DNA of 13,057 bases, from IMG/VR virus record IMGVR_UViG_2778261569_000004; one strand, given 5' to 3'. Shown here piece after piece: positions 6,126 through 13,057 of this stretch. The notes below the pieces were generated by a model. The model was not told the origin of the DNA. It made no database searches and saw nothing but the letters and a program-made list of their open reading frames with translations. The position numbers and the translations under genes are program-made. The first letter of the stretch is position 1; the number at the start of each line of letters is the position of its first letter. Source of the DNA: a virus. Its lineage: Duplodnaviria > Heunggongvirae > Uroviricota > Caudoviricetes.

Positions 6126-6309
6126 TAAAAATCAATGGTGTGGACAATTCAAGCGATGCAATGGATGCAAGCTGCAATCGGAATGCATGGTTAAGCCTGA
6201 AGAAATGTTTCCTGTAATGGAAGATGGGGAATATGTCGATAAATGGGCAATACGAACGACGGCAATGATTGCCAGAGAACTTGGTAAACTGAACAACAAG
6301 GCTGCCTGA
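6109..6309 (+). CDS. Hypothetical small Cys-containing protein (66 aa)
   Basis: ORF track. Four cysteines in CGQFKRCNGCKLQSEC, a possible metal-binding knuckle. Ends just before a terminator. Confidence 0.4.
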   Translation: MTTTIDKNQWCGQFKRCNGCKLQSECMVKPEEMFPVMEDGEYVDKWAIRTTAMIARELGKLNNKAA

Positions 6310-6327
6310 TGGCGGCCTTTATTTTTG
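6298..6327 (+). terminator. Rho-independent terminator
   Basis: Stem AAGGCTGCC/GGCGGCCTT with a TGAT tetraloop, followed by TATTTTTGG. Confidence 0.6.
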
Positions 6328-6374
6328 GCATAAACAACAGAATAAACACAGCACTGAATTATTTGAGGTGAGAT

Positions 6375-6845
6375 ATGACAAAATCATGGAGCGTACCTTT
6401 TCCTGAATCAGAAACTGAACATGATGGAATGCCTGTTTTCTGGAGATTCCAAGCGACAGTTGAAGAAGATGGAATCAAAATATTCGCACTTCAATATATA
6501 GCTTTTCATCAGACAGATCATTATGCATGGTTGGTTCCTGCGCATTGGATTGTTAATTTTAAACCAGCACCAAATCAGTGGTTACAGGAATGGAAACAAA
6601 GGAGAAATAGATATGCAATTAAGAAAGTAGCAAAAAATGCCGAAAGATCTTTTGCATTCCCGACGAAGAAACTTGCCATTGAAAGTTTATTGCGCCGGAA
6701 GAAGTACCATTTAATGAGAATCAAACAAGATTTGGCTGTTGTATCAACTCTTGTTGATGGGATGAAGAATATTGATACATCAATACCAGATATTGAATAT
6801 AACTTTGGACACAACCAAGAAACAGAAAATTGGGTGTTTTATTAG
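6375..6845 (+). CDS. Hypothetical protein on a low-GC moron-like insert (156 aa)
   Basis: ATG 6375 with a GAGGTGA Shine-Dalgarno. A hand count over the first 300 nt gives roughly 37% G+C, against roughly 45% at the start of erf. Bracketed by the terminator at 6298-6327 upstream and by an inverted repeat (6860-6887) and terminator-like hairpin (6951-6974) downstream. No family recognised. Confidence 0.6.
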   Translation: MTKSWSVPFPESETEHDGMPVFWRFQATVEEDGIKIFALQYIAFHQTDHYAWLVPAHWIVNFKPAPNQWLQEWKQRRNRYAIKKVAKNAERSFAFPTKKLAIESLLRRKKYHLMRIKQDLAVVSTLVDGMKNIDTSIPDIEYNFGHNQETENWVFY

Positions 6846-7039
6846 TACGAATAAGCACTGTGTATTCATTCCAACGAGTGAATACACGGAGCAATGTCGC
6901 TCGTAACTAAACAGGAGCCGACTTGTTCTGATTATTGGAAATCTTCTTTGCCCTCCAGTGTGAGGGCCTTTTTATATGCATACCAATAACGCTTCACTCG
7001 AGGCGTTTTCGTTATGCAATCAAACAGAAGGAGCATCCT

Positions 7040-7210
7040 ATGCAACAGTTCGCTATTGCAGGGGCGGCATCGGTTCGCCCTTTCAACCCGATTTTATCGG
7101 TACAGCATTCACGAAAAAATATTTTAACCGGAGCAGACTTTAAACAACCAAGAATGAAAAGCTTGCTCGAAAAGCTTTGGGATATTTTGAAACAACAAGG
7201 CCGCCCATGA
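7040..7210 (+). CDS. Hypothetical small protein (56 aa)
   Basis: ATG 7040 with a GAAGGAG Shine-Dalgarno 6 nt upstream; in frame with the longer TTG-initiated ORF in the track (6935), which I consider an over-extension. Confidence 0.4.
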   Translation: MQQFAIAGAASVRPFNPILSVQHSRKNILTGADFKQPRMKSLLEKLWDILKQQGRP

Positions 7211-7377
7211 GTTTTACAGATAACTGGTCAGACGAAGAATTCATTCGTCAGATGAAAGAATTAATCGGTAACGAAGGAGATATTCATGTCACTTGCAACC
7301 ACCGTGAAGGAGAGCAAGTTACAGAGACGCATGTACACGCAGCAGGCGTTAATGTATCGCCAGAAGGGAGATCGTGA
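7207..7377 (+). CDS. Hypothetical small protein (56 aa), directly upstream of erf (Arf-like position)
   Basis: ATG 7207 overlaps the stop of the preceding gene (ATGA). Its position matches P22 arf, but that is not verifiable by eye. Confidence 0.35.
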   Translation: MSFTDNWSDEEFIRQMKELIGNEGDIHVTCNHREGEQVTETHVHAAGVNVSPEGRS

Positions 7378-7466
7378 AGGTGTTCGCGTATTTTTAAATG
7401 CGGCAAAGACTGAAGTATTAAATCAGCGTTATTTCCTTGGGCCATGTCCATTCTGAGAACAATCAT

Positions 7467-8072
7467 ATGAGCAAAGAATTTTACGCAAGACTGGCAGCTA
7501 TTCAGGAAAATCTGAACGCGCCCAAGAATCAGTACAACTCATTCGGTAAATATAAATACAGAAGCTGCGAAGACATTCTTGAAGGCGTTAAGCCGTTACT
7601 GAATGGTCTGTTTTTATCAATCAGCGATGAAGTTGTGTTGATTGGTAATCGGTATTACGTGAAAGCCACGGCAACTATTACCGATGGCGAAAACAGTCAT
7701 ACGGCAACCGCTCTTGCACGAGAGGAAGAAAGCAAGAAAGGAATGGATTCTGCACAAGTTACGGGAGCTACAAGCTCTTATGCACGCAAGTATTGCCTCA
7801 ATGGTTTGTTCGGCATTGATGATGCGAAAGATGCAGATACAGACGAGCATAAACATCAGCAGAACGCAGCAGCAAAGCAATCAAAACCATCACCTACACC
7901 TGAACAGGTTCTAAAAGCATTCACTGACGCAGCATTGCAGAAAAACACCGTAGAAGAGCTTAAACAGGCGTTCGCCAAAGCGTGGAAGATGCTCGAAGGC
8001 ACACCGGAGCAGCACAAAGCGCAGGACGTTTACAACATCAGACGAGACGAATTAGAAGGAGCGGCTGCTTAA
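7467..8072 (+). CDS. erf: Erf-family single-strand annealing recombinase
   Basis: N-terminal region MSKEFYARLAAIQENLNAPKNQYNSFGKYKYRSCEDILEGVKPLL matches my recollection of P22 Erf closely. Start at ATG 7467, not the upstream start in the ORF track. Confidence 0.8.
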   Translation: MSKEFYARLAAIQENLNAPKNQYNSFGKYKYRSCEDILEGVKPLLNGLFLSISDEVVLIGNRYYVKATATITDGENSHTATALAREEESKKGMDSAQVTGATSSYARKYCLNGLFGIDDAKDADTDEHKHQQNAAAKQSKPSPTPEQVLKAFTDAALQKNTVEELKQAFAKAWKMLEGTPEQHKAQDVYNIRRDELEGAAA

Positions 8073-8455
8073 TGGCACATTCGATTACTGTAAGACTAAA
8101 CAAGCCCGCAAGAGAGTTTCAGGCCGGGGAAAATATCGGATTCAACATCCGTGCTGGCGTTCAGTATTACGATCGCCAGACAAAAAAGAAAGAATGGACA
8201 AACTACAACGCCGTTGTATTTGCCAAGCCGGGAGCGCAAGCGGATTACTACCGTAGTGTTCTTGTTGAAGGTGGCATTGTAGAAATTACCGGAGAAAACA
8301 TCAGGGTTGATGTTTATCAGGGGCAAAATGGTCAATCAATCACTCTTGAATTACTGAATGCAAAGATTGGATTTGCAGCTTCAGGAAATGGCCCGCAGCA
8401 GCAAAGTAGTAACCAGCAGAACACCCCTGTATACGACGATTCCATCCCATTCTGA
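8072..8455 (+). CDS. Putative ssDNA-binding protein with an SSB-type C-terminal tail (128 aa)
   Basis: ATG 8072 overlaps the erf stop (TAATG). C-terminus ...GNGPQQQSSNQQNTPVYDDSIPF has a Gln/Asn-rich linker ending in DDSIPF, mirroring the E. coli SSB tail (DDDIPF). The N-terminal region is not canonical SSB by eye, so the OB-fold assignment is inferred. Confidence 0.55.
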   Translation: MAHSITVRLNKPAREFQAGENIGFNIRAGVQYYDRQTKKKEWTNYNAVVFAKPGAQADYYRSVLVEGGIVEITGENIRVDVYQGQNGQSITLELLNAKIGFAASGNGPQQQSSNQQNTPVYDDSIPF

Positions 8456-8478
8456 TTTAGAAAAATAAGGATTTAATT

Positions 8479-8772
8479 ATGCCAGCGCCTCTGTATGGTG
8501 CGGATGACCCGCGCCGCTGTTCCGGCAATTCCGTATCGGAGGTGCTGGATAAATTCAGGAAAAATTACGACCGGATAATGTCGCTACCGCAGGAAACAAA
8601 AGAGGAAAAGGAATTTCGCCACTGCGTATGGCTTGCAGAGAAAGAAGAACGCGAGCGAATTTACCAGACATCAATCCGACCATTCCGCAAAGCCACATAT
8701 ACCCACTTCCCTGAAATTGACCCGCGCCTGCGTAATTACCGCTCACGCTATGGCGCTATCAGTAATAACTGA
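8479..8772 (+). CDS. Hypothetical early protein (97 aa); size and position compatible with an Abc2-like anti-RecBCD protein
   Basis: ORF track. Lies downstream of erf, where P22 carries abc1 and abc2. The Abc2 assignment is positional and from memory only. Confidence 0.4.
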   Translation: MPAPLYGADDPRRCSGNSVSEVLDKFRKNYDRIMSLPQETKEEKEFRHCVWLAEKEERERIYQTSIRPFRKATYTHFPEIDPRLRNYRSRYGAISNN

Positions 8773-8782
8773 GGAATTTACC

Positions 8783-8950
8783 ATGAGAGGACTTGCATAC
8801 AATCCCAGCATTCTTCCGGCAGAAATGATTATTCGCCAGCGCGTAAAGCCAATGCCATCGAGAGAGGAATTACTTAAGAGAAATTCTTTTCCGTCAGTAA
8901 ATCAAAACAAATATCTGAATGCGATGTTGCGTAAAGGAGGCAAGCAGTGA
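8783..8950 (+). CDS. Hypothetical small protein (55 aa)
   Basis: ATG 8783 with a GAGGA Shine-Dalgarno; same frame as the longer ORF in the track. Confidence 0.35.
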   Translation: MRGLAYNPSILPAEMIIRQRVKPMPSREELLKRNSFPSVNQNKYLNAMLRKGGKQ

Positions 8951-9246
8951 GTGTATGTCTTATTGATAAACGTCGACGTGGGCAACAAATACCATCTGTT
9001 GAAATGCCGAATCACACATGGTTTTGCGTACTTGATATCGATGGTATGGATACGTTGGTTGACACTCGTCATTACTGCGATACCGCAACAGCTACTCCGG
9101 CGAAAGCAAAGAAAATTGCTGCTCTGATAGAAAACTGGACTCCACCTGATGGTTGGTGCAATGGGAATGATCGAGATTGGCATGAAAAAATGAAGGGCTA
9201 TATCTGCGATTTCTTACGTAAATGCAACGGATTCAGGGTGATGTGA
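8947..9246 (+). CDS. Hypothetical protein (99 aa)
   Basis: GTG 8947 with a strong AAGGAGG Shine-Dalgarno 8 nt upstream; overlaps the preceding stop (GTGA). No family recognised. Confidence 0.45.
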   Translation: MSVCLIDKRRRGQQIPSVEMPNHTWFCVLDIDGMDTLVDTRHYCDTATATPAKAKKIAALIENWTPPDGWCNGNDRDWHEKMKGYICDFLRKCNGFRVM

Positions 9247-9247
9247 C

Positions 9248-9802
9248 ATGAACAAGATTGACTATCAGGCACTGCGTGCCAAGGCAGAAAAAGCAACGTG
9301 TGGTGAGTGGTCGCTCGAATATGGAGAGGAGAGATTTGATGCTGGTGATGCGCTAATTCATCGTGAAGTTGTTGGATATCTTCCCATTTGCAGAATTGAA
9401 GGAGCGCATCCTGAAAGCGGTTTCGATGAAGATTTCCAGATGGAACAGCAGGCCAATGCTGAATTTATTGCTGCCTTTAATCCAAAGGTTGCTTTGGCAC
9501 TGCTGGATGAACGGGAAAGAAACCAGCAATACATCAAACGCCGCGACCAGGAGAACGAGGATATTGCGCTAACGGTAGGGAAGCTGCGCGTTGAGCTTGA
9601 AGCAGAAAAACAGCGGGCAAAAGTTCTATTTATGGAAAATGCTCGGCTTAAGTCAGGCATAGCCGGTCTGATACACCTCGGTATTCGATATGCAGATGTT
9701 GAGGTCATGAAAATTGCTGGAGATGCCCAGCTTTCTACCCCATGCACTGACAGCATCATAAACAGCATTGCAACAGGCATTCGCATCAAAGGAGGTGAGT
9801 AA
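9248..9802 (+). CDS. Hypothetical protein with a coiled-coil segment (184 aa); possibly Ead/Ea22-like
   Basis: ORF track. The N-terminus QALRAKAEKATCGEW resembles a motif I associate with prophage Ead/Ea22-like proteins; the central region ERERNQQYIKRRDQENEDIALTVGKLRVELEAEKQRAKV looks coiled-coil. Confidence 0.45.
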   Translation: MNKIDYQALRAKAEKATCGEWSLEYGEERFDAGDALIHREVVGYLPICRIEGAHPESGFDEDFQMEQQANAEFIAAFNPKVALALLDERERNQQYIKRRDQENEDIALTVGKLRVELEAEKQRAKVLFMENARLKSGIAGLIHLGIRYADVEVMKIAGDAQLSTPCTDSIINSIATGIRIKGGE

Positions 9803-9978
9803 TGCGTGTGGCATGTATCGGCTTGTTACCGTACCCGACTCGTTTTTGGGCTTCTGCGCTAATTGCAAAGCCGCATGTCCTGATGGCTGACAACATCATC
9901 CCGGCACCAAAGCGCCGCCATACCGGTATTGCATCGGCACGACGAGCAGCAAAGAAACGCAGGAGAGCAAAACGATGA
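9802..9978 (+). CDS. Putative small basic protein (58 aa)
   Basis: ATG 9802 overlaps the upstream stop (TAATG) and its own stop overlaps the next start (ATGA). Translation MRVACIGLLPYPTRFWASALIAKPHVLMADNIIPAPKRRHTGIASARRAAKKRRRAKR. Below the ORF-track cut-off. Confidence 0.3.
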   Translation: MRVACIGLLPYPTRFWASALIAKPHVLMADNIIPAPKRRHTGIASARRAAKKRRRAKR

Positions 9979-10163
9979 AAAACCGTAAAGCAAAGATTCT
10001 GTTAGTTCGTAGAAACGCTCCTGGCGTCTGGCAGTGGGTGAGACTCAGCAACCGACGGGTGGGGTTAATGAAACATTACGGGATGATGGATTGTGGTTTT
10101 TGCAAAAAGCCCAGCGCGGCGCAAAACCGCTGGAAAAACCACTTGCGTACTAAAGGAGAGTGA
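9975..10163 (+). CDS. Hypothetical small protein (62 aa)
   Basis: ORF track; start coupled to the upstream gene. Confidence 0.4.
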   Translation: MKNRKAKILLVRRNAPGVWQWVRLSNRRVGLMKHYGMMDCGFCKKPSAAQNRWKNHLRTKGE

Positions 10164-10164
10164 T

Positions 10165-10374
10165 ATGGCTATTGCCGCAAGTTACACCATGCATCTCTAT
10201 TGTGACTGCCGCCAGTGTACGGAAGGTGTATATCCAGTGCCAGACTTCGGAGAGTATATCGGCACGTCATGGGCTGGTTGTGCAAAAGAGGCGCGTAAGG
10301 ATGGCTGGCGAATAAGCAAAGACAAAACACGTGCTTTTGCGCCTGGGCATAAAGTTTTGAGGATTAACAAATGA
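10165..10374 (+). CDS. Hypothetical small Cys-rich protein (69 aa)
   Basis: ATG 10165 preceded by AAGGAGAG; contains C-x-C-x2-C ... C (HLYCDCRQC...AGC). Confidence 0.4.
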   Translation: MAIAASYTMHLYCDCRQCTEGVYPVPDFGEYIGTSWAGCAKEARKDGWRISKDKTRAFAPGHKVLRINK

Positions 10375-10697
10375 CCACTATTACCAGAGAACAAGCTCTG
10401 AAAATTATTGAGGCAGCCGATGAGGTTATTAGTGCGCTTGCCGGAACTAACGAGGATGTTCACCCTGGTAGCGATAACATGCTACGCCTGTGGGATGACC
10501 TGAATGACCGTTACGCGCCGCCGGAAGTTGTGCGTGAGCTGGCACGGATTGCGCTGGCATCGTTGGAAGCAAAACCAATAGGTGCTTCCACATTGCAGAA
10601 CAGCAAGTTGACGGCACAAGTGACTACCTCAAGGATGGAGAATGGCCTATTGATAATGGGACAATTGAAGTATACGCCGCCCCTCCAGTGCCAGTAG
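10371..10697 (+). CDS. Hypothetical protein (108 aa)
   Basis: ATG 10371 overlaps the upstream stop (ATGA); ORF track. Confidence 0.45.
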   Translation: MTTITREQALKIIEAADEVISALAGTNEDVHPGSDNMLRLWDDLNDRYAPPEVVRELARIALASLEAKPIGASTLQNSKLTAQVTTSRMENGLLIMGQLKYTPPLQCQ

Positions 10698-11173
10698 TAC
10701 CTGAAGAAAAACCAATGCCTAACCCTCTTAGCATGTACGCGGTCGATGCTGTTGCCGCTATTGCAGAGGTGAGAGGCTGGAACGCCTGCCGCGCCGCCAT
10801 GCTTCATGGTGCCGAACCTGTAAGCCAAACTTACAAGTCACAACACACGCAGTTTGAACAAGTTGCTGACCTCTACGAAATGCAATTTGATGACGGTCGC
10901 ACTTGTGCCTTTCACACTGATGCGCAAAAGGCTGCGCAATGGCTTCAGGCATGCGACGGAAACAGGGTTCAGGAATACGTGAAGCTGGAGCGATTGCGTA
11001 ATGCGCTATCGGGCAACTCTCCGGTAACTCCGGATGGTTGGGTTATGGTGCCGAAGGAACCAACTCAGGCCATGATTAAAGCGTGGCTATCAGAGATTGC
11101 TAACTTTCGCGGTCATGCTGCTGGTTACAGGGCTGCTCTTGAGGCAGCACCACAGGAGGTTAACCGTGGCTAA
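10688..11173 (+). CDS. Hypothetical protein (161 aa from a GTG start; frame open upstream to 10538)
   Basis: ORF track, GTG start with no clear Shine-Dalgarno. Protein-like sequence (DGEWPIDNGTIEVYAAPPVP) continues upstream in the same frame, overlapping the previous gene. Confidence 0.4.
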   Translation: MPVVPEEKPMPNPLSMYAVDAVAAIAEVRGWNACRAAMLHGAEPVSQTYKSQHTQFEQVADLYEMQFDDGRTCAFHTDAQKAAQWLQACDGNRVQEYVKLERLRNALSGNSPVTPDGWVMVPKEPTQAMIKAWLSEIANFRGHAAGYRAALEAAPQEVNRG

Positions 11174-11450
11174 CCTGCAACTTGCCGTCAAAGGTGAATA
11201 CTTCGATGCCATGATTCGCGGAGAGAAAACAGAAGAGTATCGCCTGTGTAATGACTACTGGAATAAGCGAATTATGTTCCGGGAGTATGACCGCCTGATT
11301 ATCACAAAGGGATATCCGAAGCGCGACGACTCCAGCCGCAGAATAGACGTCCCGTATGACGGATATGAAATCAAGACAATCACACATCCCCACTTCGGCG
11401 ATAAACCGGTAAAGGTGTTCGCGATAAATGTGAATATCGGCAATGAATAA
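11166..11450 (+). CDS. Hypothetical protein, possibly ASCH/PUA-like (DUF3850-like), about 95 aa
   Basis: GTG 11166 preceded by AGGAGG. The pattern KGEYFDAMIRGEKTEEYRLCND ... resembles my recollection of DUF3850/ASCH phage proteins. The ORF track gives a longer upstream start at 11097. Confidence 0.4.
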   Translation: MANLQLAVKGEYFDAMIRGEKTEEYRLCNDYWNKRIMFREYDRLIITKGYPKRDDSSRRIDVPYDGYEIKTITHPHFGDKPVKVFAINVNIGNE

Positions 11451-11485
11451 CAACCCTCGCATTTGCGGGGATTTCTTTTATCTGA

Positions 11486-11509
11486 ACTCGCTACGGCGAG
11501 TTTTGTTTT
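11486..11509 (+). terminator. Rho-independent terminator
   Basis: Stem ACTCGC/GCGAGT with a TACG loop, followed by TTTTGTTTT. Confidence 0.5.
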
Positions 11510-11821
11510 ATGGAGATGATTATGGTCTGTTCAACATTCAACCATCTAACGTTACAGAAATACCAGCCAGACCCTGAAGATTTATGCTCACTGTGTGGCG
11601 GAAATCATGGTAAAGCCGCCATGATCGAATGTAATGACAAAATCCACATTTGCCTTAATTGCGTTGATGTCCTCGTTGATATCAAAAATGAGAGAGAAGA
11701 TAAAAAGCGTAGCGAGGCTATTCGCGCCTTAGATTCATGGATGCGAGATGGGTATAGTGCTGCGCAAATTTATGACTTAGCAATATCAAAAGGCGAAATA
11801 CCAGGAGTACGCATCGAATAA
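11510..11821 (+). CDS. Hypothetical zinc-ribbon-like protein (103 aa)
   Basis: ORF track. Two Cys pairs, CSLCGG and CLNC, about 20 residues apart. An alternative start at ATG 11522 is better placed relative to the GGAG at 11512-11515. Confidence 0.45.
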   Translation: MEMIMVCSTFNHLTLQKYQPDPEDLCSLCGGNHGKAAMIECNDKIHICLNCVDVLVDIKNEREDKKRSEAIRALDSWMRDGYSAAQIYDLAISKGEIPGVRIE

Positions 11822-11861
11822 GACATAACCGATATTCGAATTGAAGAACTGAAAGAACACC

Positions 11862-11888
11862 AAGCCGCCTGATGGCGGTTTCTTTTTG
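11862..11888 (+). terminator. Rho-independent terminator
   Basis: Stem AAGCCGCC/GGCGGTTT with a TGAT tetraloop, followed by CTTTTTG. Confidence 0.6.
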
Positions 11889-11902
11889 CCTGGAGAATTA
11901 AG

Positions 11903-12094
11903 ATGACCGATACCAGCCTGATTCCTGAGAAAGAAGTGATGAACAAGCTCGGTGTTTCATCACGTCAGACAATCTGGAACTATACCAAACGACACGGATT
12001 TCCGAAGCCAGTCAGAACCCACCCCAAATCATACCTTCGTGAAGCTGTTGAAGGGTGGATTCTTAACGGTGGCGTTAATCAGAAATGCTCCTGA
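11903..12094 (+). CDS. xis: AlpA-type excisionase / DNA-binding regulator
   Basis: AlpA-family pattern (EVMNKLGVSSRQTIWNYTKRHGFPKPVR...W). The 3' end overlaps the integrase 3' end, convergently. Confidence 0.55.
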   Translation: MTDTSLIPEKEVMNKLGVSSRQTIWNYTKRHGFPKPVRTHPKSYLREAVEGWILNGGVNQKCS

Positions 12095-12499
12095 TGTGCC
12101 AGAACAATTTATCAGCGTGAAGCTCATACGCTTTGCGCTGAGCCTCTATCCAATCGTGTTTATTGTATACGGACATTATCCCGCCAAGTTCATGACCGAG
12201 CATTCGCTCAGTAACATGAGGCTCGACATTCATCTCGGACAGACGTGTAACAAGCGTTCTTCTGAAATCATGTGTTCGCCAGTAACCTAGATCCATCCCT
12301 CCCCTTATTCTATTTACGAATCGGTTGGCTGCAGCGATGCTGATCGGTTTGTTTATGTCTTCTCCAGGGAAAAGAACATCATTGTACGTTGTCATGGCCT
12401 TTTCGAGAAAAGGCTTAATTTGTTCGAAGATTGGACGACGGATAACATTACCCATCTTGCTATGCTCTTTCGGTACGGTCCATACGTTGTCCAGCAGGT
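12075..12499 (-). pseudogene. int: Tyrosine integrase, C-terminal catalytic fragment only; N-terminal part displaced by an IS insertion
   Basis: Catalytic motifs HDFRRT and LGHELGGIMSVYNKHDW (Tyr nucleophile) present. The reading frame runs upstream without a stop to the IS terminus at 12500; the conserved box I Arg and the N-terminal domain are absent from this side. Confidence 0.75.

Positions 12500-13057
<558 letters not shown>

Noticed and set aside
5612-6177. Minus-strand ORFs 5612..5806 and 5971..6177
   Set aside because: Antisense to N and to the coupled early genes; no translation signals.
6575-6814. Minus-strand ORF 6575..6814
   Set aside because: Antisense to the moron gene in AT-rich sequence, where spurious ORFs are common; hydrophobic low-complexity translation.
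7982-8071. Upstream extension of the SSB-tail gene in the ORF track (start at 7982)
   Set aside because: It would overlap 90 nt of erf in another frame; the ATG at 8072 overlapping the erf stop is the natural coupled start.
7284-9789. Minus-strand ORFs 7284..7466, 7617..7880, 8096..8335, 8555..8746, 8902..9183 and 9358..9789
   Set aside because: All are antisense to a dense, translationally coupled plus-strand operon and have Cys/Ser-rich compositions typical of non-coding frames.
9653-11462. Minus-strand ORFs 9653..9868, 10197..10463, 10511..10828, 10758..10952, 11160..11462 and 11255..11443
   Set aside because: Antisense to the coupled plus-strand genes; no ribosome-binding sites.

Overview
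This window is the immunity, replication and early-left region of a lambdoid (lambda/P22-type) prophage from an enterobacterial host, lying in inverted orientation relative to the lambda map. All homology calls are from reading the sequence and recalling family motifs; no database search was run. Reading left to right: nin-side genes, a DnaB-type replicative helicase and an O-like initiator with origin iterons inside its gene (all minus strand), then cII, nutR and cro (minus), a three-operator OR region, and cI (plus). cI is followed by a small three-helix membrane protein in the rex/sie position, then OL/PL, nutL and an N antiterminator. The early-left operon (plus) carries a low-GC moron, an Erf recombinase, a protein with an SSB-type DDSIPF tail and about ten tightly coupled small genes of unknown function. 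It ends with an AlpA-type excisionase and an integrase reduced to its C-terminal catalytic fragment by an IS3-family (IS629-like) insertion, so the prophage is probably excision-defective. The best candidates for an undescribed accessory system are the cI-coupled membrane protein (4740-5108), the terminator-bracketed moron (6375-6845) and the block of coupled small genes at 8783-11450.
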